From a virus (lineage: Duplodnaviria > Heunggongvirae > Uroviricota > Caudoviricetes), in IMG/VR virus record IMGVR_UViG_2537562192_000020: 38,194 nucleotides of DNA; one strand, given 5' to 3'. Below, one piece after another: positions 11,696-20,745 of this stretch. Under the pieces are notes generated by a model that was not told the DNA's origin, did no database searches, and worked only from the letters and a program-made list of their open reading frames with translations. Numbering within the stretch: position 1 is the stretch's first letter; each line of letters begins with the position of its first letter. Position numbers and translations under genes: made by a program.

Positions 11696-11929
11696 ATGCG
11701 CATTGAAATAATGATCGATAAAGAGCAGAAGATTAGCCAGTCTACCCTGGACGCCCTTGAATCCGAGCTTTACCGTAATCTGCGCCCCCTGTATCCCAAA
11801 ACGGTAATTCGTATCCGCAAAGGTAGCTCTAACGGTGTGGAACTGACCGGACTGCAACTGGACGAAGAAAGGAAGCAAGTGATGAAAATTATGCAGAAGG
11901 TGTGGGAAGACGACAGCTGGCTGCATTAA
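11696..11929 (+). CDS. DinI-family protein (186 Tum-like antirepressor module)
   Basis: MRIEIMIDK...KIMQKVWEDDSWLH resembles E. coli DinI; GAGGTGA RBS. Confidence 0.7.
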   Translation: MRIEIMIDKEQKISQSTLDALESELYRNLRPLYPKTVIRIRKGSSNGVELTGLQLDEERKQVMKIMQKVWEDDSWLH

Positions 11930-12064
11930 GAAACGTTGCTGGCGTCTGAACTTGTTTCTGGCGTCAGCAAGGTTGAACAACGAGCCCTTGCGAGGCGTTA
12001 GCTCTGTAGTGCATGTCTATGCCGCATGAGATCGCATGATCGTTTGAGGATCGTTTTTGCTAAG

Positions 12065-12088
12065 GCCCGCCAGAACTGGTGGGCTTTT
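12065..12088 (+). terminator. rho-independent terminator after Tum-like operon
   Basis: GCCCGCCAG-aact-CTGGTGGGC (one G-U pair) followed by TTTT. Confidence 0.55.
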
Positions 12089-12133
12089 GCGTAGATCATG
12101 CAGGTGCATGAAAACCACTACATAAAGCGGGCA

Positions 12134-12152
12134 GGCGTGGCGGGGATACGAG
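12134..12152. other. candidate cos site (cohesive-end sequence of P2/186 type)
   Basis: GGCGTGGCGGGGATACGAG; first 13 nt match my recollection of the 186/P2 19-nt cohesive end (GGCG[T/A]GGCGGGGAAAGCA). Confidence 0.45.
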
Positions 12153-12292
12153 CGCGCGCCGAAGCGATTACGTAAGAGTTTTGGCTATTGATGTCATAGT
12201 GAACTTAATGATGGAGAAAGTGTCAACCTATGTGTAAACTACAGTTAGTAAGATAAAGAGATATGAGATGAAACAATTTCAAGGAGGGCGGC

Positions 12293-13102
12293 ATGAGTAC
12301 TAACAGCGAACGTATGTCCAATGCGCCCGTTTACTATGCATTGGTACAGGTAAAGTTTACTCCAATAGCTGCAATGAGTAAGTATGTTCCAGACATACAA
12401 GATGCGCTAAGAGTTGAGGGATTTCCTTTATTTGAGGTTTCCAATACAACTCAGTTGAAATTTGAAATAAAAAACCCCAATGAGCCACCGGTACATTCAT
12501 TTGAGCCTGTGACAAGTTGGTTGATGATTGATGCAGATAGAAGATCTGGTTTTGTTTTAGGCAACGATTTCATTACGTTCCATACAACATATTATGATAA
12601 CCATGTATCTTTCATCTCGTCATTGATACTTGGTCTGAGCAAAGTTCTAGAATTTGCTAAGCCATCGCTGTTAAGTCGGATTGGGCTTCGATATTTGGAT
12701 GCTGTGTTTCCTGAGAAAAGCGAAACAATTGAGCAGTATCTTGTAAAGGAACTTCATGGTGTTGATTTCGGATGGACGCCAATACAGTCTATACAAGAGT
12801 CCGTATATCAGACATGTGTTGAGCCATTGATCCCTAATGGATTTATGGTTTCACGAATACATAAGATGAATGGTCAGCTAGGTTTTCCGCCAGATATGAT
12901 TCCTAATGGTTTACTGCCGTTGCCGAGATTTAGTAACACAGAGCATCGTATGCACGCAATAATTGATACAGATCATTATGTTGAAGGCAACATGTCAACT
13001 GATTTGCAGTTAATTGAAAAACAGATTCTTTCGTTGCATAGTAAAGTTAAAGAAGCATTTGAAGGCATGGTTTCAGATTTTGCCCGTACTAAATGGCACT
13101 GA
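12293..13102 (+). CDS. hypothetical protein, cargo gene 1 of cos-proximal cassette
   Basis: 269 aa; AGGAGGG RBS; AT-rich; contains RIGLRYLD segment; no similarity to P2/186 core proteins recognised. Confidence 0.7.
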   Translation: MSTNSERMSNAPVYYALVQVKFTPIAAMSKYVPDIQDALRVEGFPLFEVSNTTQLKFEIKNPNEPPVHSFEPVTSWLMIDADRRSGFVLGNDFITFHTTYYDNHVSFISSLILGLSKVLEFAKPSLLSRIGLRYLDAVFPEKSETIEQYLVKELHGVDFGWTPIQSIQESVYQTCVEPLIPNGFMVSRIHKMNGQLGFPPDMIPNGLLPLPRFSNTEHRMHAIIDTDHYVEGNMSTDLQLIEKQILSLHSKVKEAFEGMVSDFARTKWH

Positions 13103-13121
13103 AACAACGGAGGTGACTAAA

Positions 13122-13784
13122 ATGTATGCAATTCCCACCGGAAGCATAGGCTCTGTAGATCGATATTCTCCAAATTTGCAGTCAAGCTCATGTGTATCAG
13201 GTGTTGTTGCTGTCGCCGCATCTTTACTATTAGTTGGTACGGGGGCTTCATACCCTGTAAATGCTTATAAGCAATGGCGTCAGTATGTTCAGCCAAGGGT
13301 TCAGTTTGCATTTGATTCCATAGAATCAACGTACACGCCTGCAATTTCTCCTGAGGTTGATGTCAGGAATGTTGCCCAACATTTAGCTAATATTCGAGAA
13401 GTGCTGTCTCCATCAATGTCAGAACTGGCAAAGGATTTGGGGATAACTCGGCAGGCTCTCTATAAATGGTTGTCAGGGGAGAACCAGCCTGATGATGCTT
13501 CAAAAGTGCAATTCATTACCAACCTTAGTAATGTCGCTGACTCTTTTTCCAAAGCTGGACTCCATGATGCGAAGCTATTGGTGAAAATGAAAGCATTTAA
13601 TGGTAAGTCATTAATGGACGTAGTAAAAGAAGGTGAGGATTGGAATAGGGCAGTTCAGGTATTGATTGATGAAGCTAAAGCGATGAATGCTGCTGCTGAA
13701 TCGGCCAATTACTTAGCAAGCAAGGCGAAACCGACAGATGATTGGAAGTCATCTATTTCAATTCCTGGAACGGTAGAGGAATAA
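13122..13784 (+). CDS. hypothetical HTH (XRE-type) protein with N-terminal hydrophobic segment, cargo gene 2
   Basis: GGAGGTGA RBS 9 nt before ATG 13122; hydrophobic stretch VSGVVAVAASLLLVGTGA; HTH SMSELAKDLGITRQALYKWL. Confidence 0.6.
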   Translation: MYAIPTGSIGSVDRYSPNLQSSSCVSGVVAVAASLLLVGTGASYPVNAYKQWRQYVQPRVQFAFDSIESTYTPAISPEVDVRNVAQHLANIREVLSPSMSELAKDLGITRQALYKWLSGENQPDDASKVQFITNLSNVADSFSKAGLHDAKLLVKMKAFNGKSLMDVVKEGEDWNRAVQVLIDEAKAMNAAAESANYLASKAKPTDDWKSSISIPGTVEE

Positions 13785-13793
13785 ATCACATTT

Positions 13794-14642
13794 ATGTTGG
13801 TACGAGGAACATCATGGCGTCAGGGGCATGTACTTAAACATGATGATGCCGTTTCACTTGGAATTCTGCAGCCTGATGAAACGAACCATAAAGTTGTAGT
13901 TATAACGCATGATTGTGATTTACAGAGTAATTCAGAAAAAAACGTGGAACTGATGTTTGGCCCCTTGAAAAAGGGGTCAAGCAGGATGAAAAGAGCTAAG
14001 CATCCGAGAATACTCGATCTATGTTTTGAAAACCCAGAAAGTGCGAAGAAGAATGCAGTAGAGCTCCGGCATGAAAGGAAAGTCATCATTCCTAAAGAAG
14101 CTTTCTGTTGTGAGGAAAACGATCCAGCATTCTCCATTAGCACAGAAGAGAAACAAGCTCTTAAGCAATGGTTAGCTGCTAAGTATGGTCGTCCAGCGTT
14201 TCCTAACTCGTTTGAAGAGCGCTTGCGGGCTTACGACGAGGATAAAAAGTTTATTTTCGAAAAAGAAGTTGCGGATATTATCGCCACAAACGCAGAGCAT
14301 TTGATCGGAGTTTTTTTCGATTTGGGCGAAGAAAGATTTAACGATCTTGAGGAAGGCATACCATATGAGCTTTCTATCAATGTTGTTTATGATGCAACTG
14401 AAGGTGGCCCCGATGCCAGAAGAGCGGCTGAACAAACATGTTCTGATCTAAAGGCTTTGTTTTATAAGTTTTATGGTGATCCAACCTTGGGGCATTCAGA
14501 ACTTATAGAATTGAATACGTGCATAGCTGTTGCTGATACTCATTTCTCCCTGTATGCATTGAGGCGGATGGATCAATGGAGGGTAGAATACATCAGCCTT
14601 GAAGAAGATTCATATGGCGATTTCATTGGTGCCGGTGTTTAA
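13794..14642 (+). CDS. hypothetical acidic protein, cargo gene 3
   Basis: 282-aa ORF 9 bp after gene 2; no recognisable motif. Confidence 0.55.
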   Translation: MLVRGTSWRQGHVLKHDDAVSLGILQPDETNHKVVVITHDCDLQSNSEKNVELMFGPLKKGSSRMKRAKHPRILDLCFENPESAKKNAVELRHERKVIIPKEAFCCEENDPAFSISTEEKQALKQWLAAKYGRPAFPNSFEERLRAYDEDKKFIFEKEVADIIATNAEHLIGVFFDLGEERFNDLEEGIPYELSINVVYDATEGGPDARRAAEQTCSDLKALFYKFYGDPTLGHSELIELNTCIAVADTHFSLYALRRMDQWRVEYISLEEDSYGDFIGAGV

Positions 14643-14667
14643 ACTGGCTGTTCCGACAGCCAGTTTA
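14642..14667. terminator. bidirectional terminator-like hairpin between cargo cassette and portal gene
   Basis: AAACTGGCTG-ttccga-CAGCCAGTTT perfect 10-bp inverted repeat between convergent genes. Confidence 0.5.
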
Positions 14668-14679
14668 AACAGGCTTTAA

Positions 14680-15714
14680 TCAAGTATTGCCTAATTTATA
14701 TTCGTCAAAACGAATAATTTCGTCATTAAGCCATTCATTTAATTCAATTAGCCTTTTTTGTAATGGAATTAACTCGTTACGAACAAATACATGACTCGCC
14801 TTTTCGACATCCCCAAACCCCCCAACATTATTCGGCATAATCCCCATCATTTGCGGCGGCACGCGGTGCGCTGCCATCATGTCATCCCGACTCACGTTCT
14901 TGATGTTAAGAAATTCATCCTTCGCTGCGACTTCTGACAACGGGATAATCTGAAGTCCGTCCTTTTTGCCGTTAGGCGAGTACATAAACAGATTGCGGAA
15001 GTTGCCTGGACCTTTGGCGCTTTTCATCGCGTTGCGGAGGTTGTTCACATCCTCCTGATTCTGCGCGGCGTCGGTCATGTACATGATGAAGCCTGCATGA
15101 CTACCGTTGATGTAATACTTACGGCGGAACAGCGTGGCGGATTCGTTGAGCAGGGCGGATGGAATGGCAGAAAGATAGCCGGGCAGGCCGTAGATCTCCT
15201 GGTTGATGTCCGGTTCCATCAGATGAAAAATGCTGCCTTTCGTGAACTGATACGGCTGGGTTGTCATACCGTATTGCACAAACCAGTAGGTATCCAGGTC
15301 TAACCCGCGTCGGGTGTATTTTGCCAGCGCAGGCTCAAGGGCGATAACTTCACCGAATCGGTTCGTGCGTTTCTCCAGGTAGGCGTTACCAAATACCAGA
15401 TAGTCCTGCACAAAACGCGAAAAAGCCTGTTGGCTGAGCAGCGGATGAGGGATATAGGTACTGGTCAGAATGTTGCACTTTACTGCAATCGGGGAACTGT
15501 GATGCACGGCAGCGCGGAAGGTGCGCGCCAGTCCGTCAAAGCTGACGGGAGGCTCATACCAGCGATCTGTCTGAACACATTCCACATAGTCCAGCAGTTC
15601 GCGGCGGTCAAGTACTGGAACGGGATCACCGAAGCTGAATGCTTCGGCTGAAGTCTGGTTTTTATGCTGGATCTGATTCGTCGCCGCAGCGCGGTTTTTC
15701 TTACTCTTTCCCAT
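14680..15714 (-). CDS. Q: portal protein gpQ
   Basis: Strong similarity to recalled P2 Q (FGDPVPVLDRR..LDYVEC..WYEPPVSF..LFRRKYY). Confidence 0.9.
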   Translation of the reverse strand: MGKSKKNRAAATNQIQHKNQTSAEAFSFGDPVPVLDRRELLDYVECVQTDRWYEPPVSFDGLARTFRAAVHHSSPIAVKCNILTSTYIPHPLLSQQAFSRFVQDYLVFGNAYLEKRTNRFGEVIALEPALAKYTRRGLDLDTYWFVQYGMTTQPYQFTKGSIFHLMEPDINQEIYGLPGYLSAIPSALLNESATLFRRKYYINGSHAGFIMYMTDAAQNQEDVNNLRNAMKSAKGPGNFRNLFMYSPNGKKDGLQIIPLSEVAAKDEFLNIKNVSRDDMMAAHRVPPQMMGIMPNNVGGFGDVEKASHVFVRNELIPLQKRLIELNEWLNDEIIRFDEYKLGNT

Positions 15715-17480
15715 CAAAAAATCTCCACAATATTGCTGGTATTGGCGGACTCGCCCTGCAGCGGTTCGTTAAACAGTGCGTGCATTGTTGCCCAGGCCAG
15801 ATCGGCGTGGCTGGCTTCTTCGCTGCGGCTGGCTTCATAGGTCGGGCGGTTGCCACTGGCGGTGGTGGCACGACGGATTGCCATGAATGACTGCGCAATG
15901 TCGGTGTGCCCGGCGTCAAACTCCAGACGGCGGTGGCTGATAATGTCGTAGGCCTTGAGTACCAGGGCATTTTTAACGTTGGGGTTGTAGACAAACTCCC
16001 GGACGGCAGGAAAGAACGCTTTCACGTTCTCGTAAACTCCGTGACCGACACCTGTCGAGTCGATACCGATATAGGTCACGTTGTACTGTTCGGTCAGTTT
16101 TTTGATGGCGTCAGCCTGGGCGCGGAAGTCCATCCCGCGCCACTGGTGACGCTCAAGAATGCGAAACTTACCGCCTGGCACGGCTGGCGGTGCCACCACC
16201 ACGCATCCGGCGCTGTCGCCGTTCTGCGTACCTTTTGCCGGGTCATAACCGATCCACACTTCTCGCCAGCCAAACGGGCGCAGGGCCAGTGCATGAAAGT
16301 CGGTCCAGACTTCCCAACTGTCCACCATGCATGCCTGCAGCTCGCTGAGCGGAAATACGGACGCGAGATCGTCCACGAATTCACACATCAGCAGGTTCTG
16401 GTATTCGTCCGGGCTGTATTCCATGCGCAACTGGTCAAGGTCGAACAGGTTACAGCCGCCGCGCACCGCATCTTCCACGGTGACTATCTGGCGGTATTGC
16501 CCGTCTGCACACAGCAGGCCTGGAGCCAGATTGCTGTGGGACAGGTCGATGTCCACCTTGTCGGCTTTATTGCGCCCACGGTTGAATAGCGCACCGGACC
16601 AGAACGGATAAGCACTGTGTGTCAGGCTGGATGGCGTGGAAAAATAGGTTTGTCGCCATTTTTTGTGAATAGCCATACCGGAAGCCACTTTGCGCAGCTC
16701 CTGGAATTTCGGTATCCAGAAATATTCATCCAGATACAGGTTGCCGTGGTAACTCTGGGCCGTGCGGGCATTGGTGCCGAGGAAATACAGTGTGGCCCCG
16801 TTGGGAAGCACCATCGGATCGCCTTTCAGCTCCACTTCCACTTCTTTGGCGAAGTCGATGATGTACTGCTTAAAGACGTGGGCCTGTGCCTTGCTGGCGG
16901 AAAGGAAAATCTGGTTACGTCCGGTAAGCAGAGCGTCAATCAGGGCTTCACGGGCAAAGTAAAAGGTCGCGCCGATCTGGCGTGACTTCAGCAGGTTGCG
17001 GATGCGGTTGGTTTTTCCGGCTTCCCACCAGTGGCGCTGGTAGTTGAACATGGAGGAATGGAAGATTTCTTCCAGCTTCTCAATCTGCTCATCGGTGAAA
17101 ACATTCTTTTCCGGCTGACGGCGCGGGCCTTTGTTGCGGTTGGCGACGTTAGGGTTTAAGTCGGCTTCGTTGCCGCCATTGTTAAACTTGCCGATCCGCG
17201 CGTGGCGTTCCGACTGGCGCGCCAGCAGGTCAATCTCTTTGAAATCTTTCCCTTCTTTGTGCTCCTTCATAATGAGCTGGCAGTAGCGTGCGGCGGTGGT
17301 GAGCTGCATCTGATCCAGCGGCCCATAGTCACCCCACTTGTCGCGTTTCTTCCAGCTGTGAACGGTTGCAACTTTCTCGCCCAGCATTTCAGCAATGCGG
17401 GCTACACGGTATCCCTGAAAGTACAGCAGCATGGCCTGCCGACGGGGATCGAGATCTGCGGGTGTCAGTGTGGTGTTCAT
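15714..17480 (-). CDS. P: terminase large (ATPase) subunit gpP
   Basis: 588 aa; position and size as P2 P, upstream of Q on same strand. Confidence 0.85.
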   Translation of the reverse strand: MNTTLTPADLDPRRQAMLLYFQGYRVARIAEMLGEKVATVHSWKKRDKWGDYGPLDQMQLTTAARYCQLIMKEHKEGKDFKEIDLLARQSERHARIGKFNNGGNEADLNPNVANRNKGPRRQPEKNVFTDEQIEKLEEIFHSSMFNYQRHWWEAGKTNRIRNLLKSRQIGATFYFAREALIDALLTGRNQIFLSASKAQAHVFKQYIIDFAKEVEVELKGDPMVLPNGATLYFLGTNARTAQSYHGNLYLDEYFWIPKFQELRKVASGMAIHKKWRQTYFSTPSSLTHSAYPFWSGALFNRGRNKADKVDIDLSHSNLAPGLLCADGQYRQIVTVEDAVRGGCNLFDLDQLRMEYSPDEYQNLLMCEFVDDLASVFPLSELQACMVDSWEVWTDFHALALRPFGWREVWIGYDPAKGTQNGDSAGCVVVAPPAVPGGKFRILERHQWRGMDFRAQADAIKKLTEQYNVTYIGIDSTGVGHGVYENVKAFFPAVREFVYNPNVKNALVLKAYDIISHRRLEFDAGHTDIAQSFMAIRRATTASGNRPTYEASRSEEASHADLAWATMHALFNEPLQGESANTSNIVEIF

Positions 17481-17526
17481 GGCACAAACCTACAGCCTTG
17501 AATGAAGGCTTTCCCCGCCTGCGGTT

Positions 17527-17544
17527 TGTGTGGTAGTCGGTACA
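17527..17544. promoter_or_regulatory. Ogr/B-type late activator site (TGT-N12-ACA) in divergent P/O promoter region
   Basis: TGTGTGGTAGTCGGTACA, about 80 bp upstream of O start. Confidence 0.5.
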
Positions 17545-17622
17545 AATACCGCGCATTGTTTCACTGCCCCCATCACCGCAACCATAAGGCTCCAGTAAGT
17601 TTTTTCTAACGGAGCACGGCTC

Positions 17623-18456
17623 ATGACAGTGAAAGCAAAGCGTTTTCGCATCGGGGTGGAAGGTGCCACCACCGACGGACGCGAAATCCAGCGTGAATGG
17701 CTGGAACAGATGGCAGCCAGCTACAACCCGGCGGTGTACACCGCGCTGATTAACCTTGAGCACATCAAGTCTTATCTGCCGGACAGCACCTTTAACCGCT
17801 ACGGCAAGGTGACGGCGCTGTTTGCTGAAGAAATCACGGAAGGCCCGCTGGCGGGCAAGATGGCACTGTATGCCGACGTTGAGCCAACGGAGTCCCTGGT
17901 GGAACTGGTGAAAAAAGGCCAGAAATTATTCACCTCTATGGAAGTCAGCCCGAAGTTCGCTGATACGGGCAAAGCCTACCTGGTTGGCCTGGCCGCCACT
18001 GATGATCCAGCCAGTCTGGGTACGGAAATGCTGACATTCAGCGCCAGTGCAGCCCATAACCCGCTGGCAAACCGCAAGCAGAATCCCGCCAATCTCTTTA
18101 CCGCCGCAGAGGAAACGGTGATCGAACTGGAAGAAATCCAGGAGGACAAGCCGTCCCTGTTTGCCCGCGTCACGGCGCTGTTCACCAAAAAAGAGCAGTC
18201 CGACGATGCCCGGTTCTCTGATGTGCATAAGGCCGTGGAGCTGGTCGCCACTGAGCAGCAAAACCTGAGCGCACGCACCGAAAAATCCCTGTCTGAGCAG
18301 GAAGAACGCCTGTCTAAGTTGGAGACTGCCCTGCAGGCACAACAGGCCGCCTTTAACGAACTGGTGGACAAGCTGAGCCATGAGGACTGCCGCCAGGACT
18401 ACCGCCAGCGTGCAACAGGCGGTAACGCCCCTGCTGACACTCTGACCAATTGCTGA
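17623..18456 (+). CDS. O: capsid scaffold protein gpO
   Basis: FRIGVEGATTDGR...INLEH...YLVGLAATDDPASLGTE matches recalled P2 O. Confidence 0.85.
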   Translation: MTVKAKRFRIGVEGATTDGREIQREWLEQMAASYNPAVYTALINLEHIKSYLPDSTFNRYGKVTALFAEEITEGPLAGKMALYADVEPTESLVELVKKGQKLFTSMEVSPKFADTGKAYLVGLAATDDPASLGTEMLTFSASAAHNPLANRKQNPANLFTAAEETVIELEEIQEDKPSLFARVTALFTKKEQSDDARFSDVHKAVELVATEQQNLSARTEKSLSEQEERLSKLETALQAQQAAFNELVDKLSHEDCRQDYRQRATGGNAPADTLTNC

Positions 18457-18472
18457 TGGAGCATAAAACCCG

Positions 18473-19531
18473 ATGAAGAAGAATACCCGCTTTGCTTTTA
18501 ACGCTTACCTGCAGCAGCTGGCGCGTCTGAACGGTGTGGCAGTTGAAGAACTGTCCAGCAAGTTCACTGTGGAGCCGTCTGTGCAGCAGACGCTGGAAGA
18601 CCAGATCCAGCAGTCCGCCGCTTTCCTGACGCTGATTAACGTCACGCCAGTGACTGAGCAGTCCGGTCAGCTGCTGGGGCTGGGTGTTGGCAGCACCATT
18701 GCCGGAACCACTGACACCACCGCGAAAGAGCGTGAACCTGTCGATCCGACGCTGATGGTCGATGTGGAATACAAATGCGAACAGACCAACTTTGACACGG
18801 TGCTGACCTACGCGAAGCTGGACCTGTGGGCGAAGTTTCAGGATTTCCAGGTGCGTATCCGTAACGCCATCGTGAAACGTCAGGCACTGGACCGCATCAT
18901 GATCGGCTTTAACGGCGTGAAGCGTGCGAAAACCTCTAACCGTAGCGAAAACCCGCTACTGCAGGATGTGAATAAAGGCTGGCTGCAGAAAATCCGTGAG
19001 GATGCACCGGATCACGTCATGGGCAGCACCACCACGGGCGGTGAAACCACACCGGGCGCAGTGAAAGTCGGGAAAGGTGGCGAATATGCCAACCTGGACG
19101 CCGTGGTGATGGATGCCGTCAATGAGCTTATCGACGTGGTCTACCAGGACGATGACGATCTGGTGGTGATTTGCGGTCGTGAACTGCTGTCTGACAAGTA
19201 TTTCCCGCTGGTCAACAAAGAGCAGGAAAACAGTGAAAAACTGGCTGCCGATATGATCATCAGTCAGAAACGCATGGGTGGCCTGCAGGCCGTGCGTGCG
19301 CCGTTCTTCCCGCCGAATGCGCTGCTGATCACCCGTCTGGATAACCTGTCCATCTACTGGCAGGAAGACACCCGCCGCCGTTCAGTTATCGACAACCCGA
19401 AACGTGACCGGATTGAAAACTTTGAATCCGTTAACGAAGCCTATGTGGTTGAGGACTACCGCTGTGCCGCACTGGTGGAAAACATCCAGATTGGTGATTT
19501 CAGCGCCGCCGCAGCCGAAACCGGAGCGTAA
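18473..19531 (+). CDS. N: major capsid protein gpN
   Basis: 352 aa following scaffold gene, P2 order. Confidence 0.85.
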   Translation: MKKNTRFAFNAYLQQLARLNGVAVEELSSKFTVEPSVQQTLEDQIQQSAAFLTLINVTPVTEQSGQLLGLGVGSTIAGTTDTTAKEREPVDPTLMVDVEYKCEQTNFDTVLTYAKLDLWAKFQDFQVRIRNAIVKRQALDRIMIGFNGVKRAKTSNRSENPLLQDVNKGWLQKIREDAPDHVMGSTTTGGETTPGAVKVGKGGEYANLDAVVMDAVNELIDVVYQDDDDLVVICGRELLSDKYFPLVNKEQENSEKLAADMIISQKRMGGLQAVRAPFFPPNALLITRLDNLSIYWQEDTRRRSVIDNPKRDRIENFESVNEAYVVEDYRCAALVENIQIGDFSAAAAETGA

Positions 19532-19534
19532 TCC

Positions 19535-20185
19535 ATGAGCCTGAGTCCCGCACGGCAGCATCGCCTGCGCGTTCAGGCTGAACAGGCCGCCCGCGAGGGC
19601 GGCAGTGTTCGCCACGCATCGGGCTATGACCTGATGCTGCTGCAACTGGCGGAAGACCGCCGCCGTCTCAAGGGCGTTCAGTCCACGGTGAAAAAAGCGG
19701 AAATCAAGGTGGAGCTACTGCCGAAATATGCCGCCTGGGCGGAGGGCGTCCTGGCTGCCGGAGGCGCTCAACAGGATGACGTGCTGATGTACGTGATGCT
19801 GTGGCGCATTGATGCCGGAGATTATGCCGGGGCGCTGGAGATCGGGCGTCATGCTCTGCGTCATGGCTGGGTGATGCCGCTGGGTAACCGCAACGTGCAG
19901 ACCGTGCTGGCAGAGGAAATGTCAGACGCGGCGCAGAGCGCAATGCTTGCCGCCACCGGCTTTGATGCGGATCTATTACTGCAGACGCTGGAACTGACAG
20001 ACGGTCTGGATATGCCGGACCAGTCACGGGCGCGTCTGCATAAAGCGATTGGCGCTGTCCTGAGTGAAAGCAATCCGGCGTCCGCCCTTAATCATCTCAA
20101 CCATGCGTTACAGCTCGATCCCCGCTGTGGCGTGAAAAAAGACAAACAGCAGCTGGAGCGCAGACTGCGCAATGACAGCCGCTGA
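19535..20185 (+). CDS. M: terminase small (endonuclease) subunit gpM
   Basis: 216 aa; similarity to recalled P2 M (MLWRIDAGDYAGALEI). Confidence 0.8.
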   Translation: MSLSPARQHRLRVQAEQAAREGGSVRHASGYDLMLLQLAEDRRRLKGVQSTVKKAEIKVELLPKYAAWAEGVLAAGGAQQDDVLMYVMLWRIDAGDYAGALEIGRHALRHGWVMPLGNRNVQTVLAEEMSDAAQSAMLAATGFDADLLLQTLELTDGLDMPDQSRARLHKAIGAVLSESNPASALNHLNHALQLDPRCGVKKDKQQLERRLRNDSR

Positions 20186-20280
20186 CAGAACGTGCCCCCG
20201 CGCACGGGCGGCACGGGGTGGCGAAAGGCACTGCCACATCAAAACCCCGTCCACCGCCCTCTATTTCAGGAGAAAGCAGC

Positions 20281-20745
20281 ATGAAGTTTGTTGCGCCAGA
20301 ACAGGCACCGGAACAGGCGGAAATCATCAGGAATACGCCGTTCTGGCCTGATGTGGACCTGTCGGAGTTTCGCAGCGTGATGCGCACTGACGGCACGGTG
20401 ACGCAGCCGCGTTTAAAGCAGGTTGCGCTATCGGCAATTTCGGAGGTCAACGCAGAGCTGTATGAGTTTCGCAGACGCCAGCAGATGCTGGGGTATGCCT
20501 CGCTGGCAGAGGTTCCGGCGGAACAGCTGGACGGCAAAAGTGAGCGCATTCAGCACTATTTCAACGCGGTTTACTGCTGGGCACGCGCCATGCTCAACGA
20601 ACGTTACCAGGACTATGACGCCACGGCGTCCGGTGTGAAGCGGGGCGAGGAACTGGCGGAAGCAAGCGGTGATTTGTGGCGTGACGCCCGCTGGGCCATC
20701 AGCCGGGTGCAGGATGCGCCGCACTGCACAGTGGAGCTTATCTGA
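20281..20745 (+). CDS. L: head completion/stabilisation protein gpL
   Basis: ATG 20281 with AGGAG RBS; P2 order. Confidence 0.75.
   Translation: MKFVAPEQAPEQAEIIRNTPFWPDVDLSEFRSVMRTDGTVTQPRLKQVALSAISEVNAELYEFRRRQQMLGYASLAEVPAEQLDGKSERIQHYFNAVYCWARAMLNERYQDYDATASGVKRGEELAEASGDLWRDARWAISRVQDAPHCTVELI

Noticed and set aside
13014-13121. Upstream ATG 13014 as start of cargo gene 2
   Set aside because: Would overlap cargo gene 1 by ~90 bp with no RBS; the ATG at 13122 has a near-consensus GGAGGTGA RBS.
15906-16985. Plus-strand ORFs of 227, 94 and 122 aa
   Set aside because: Embedded antisense in the terminase large-subunit gene.
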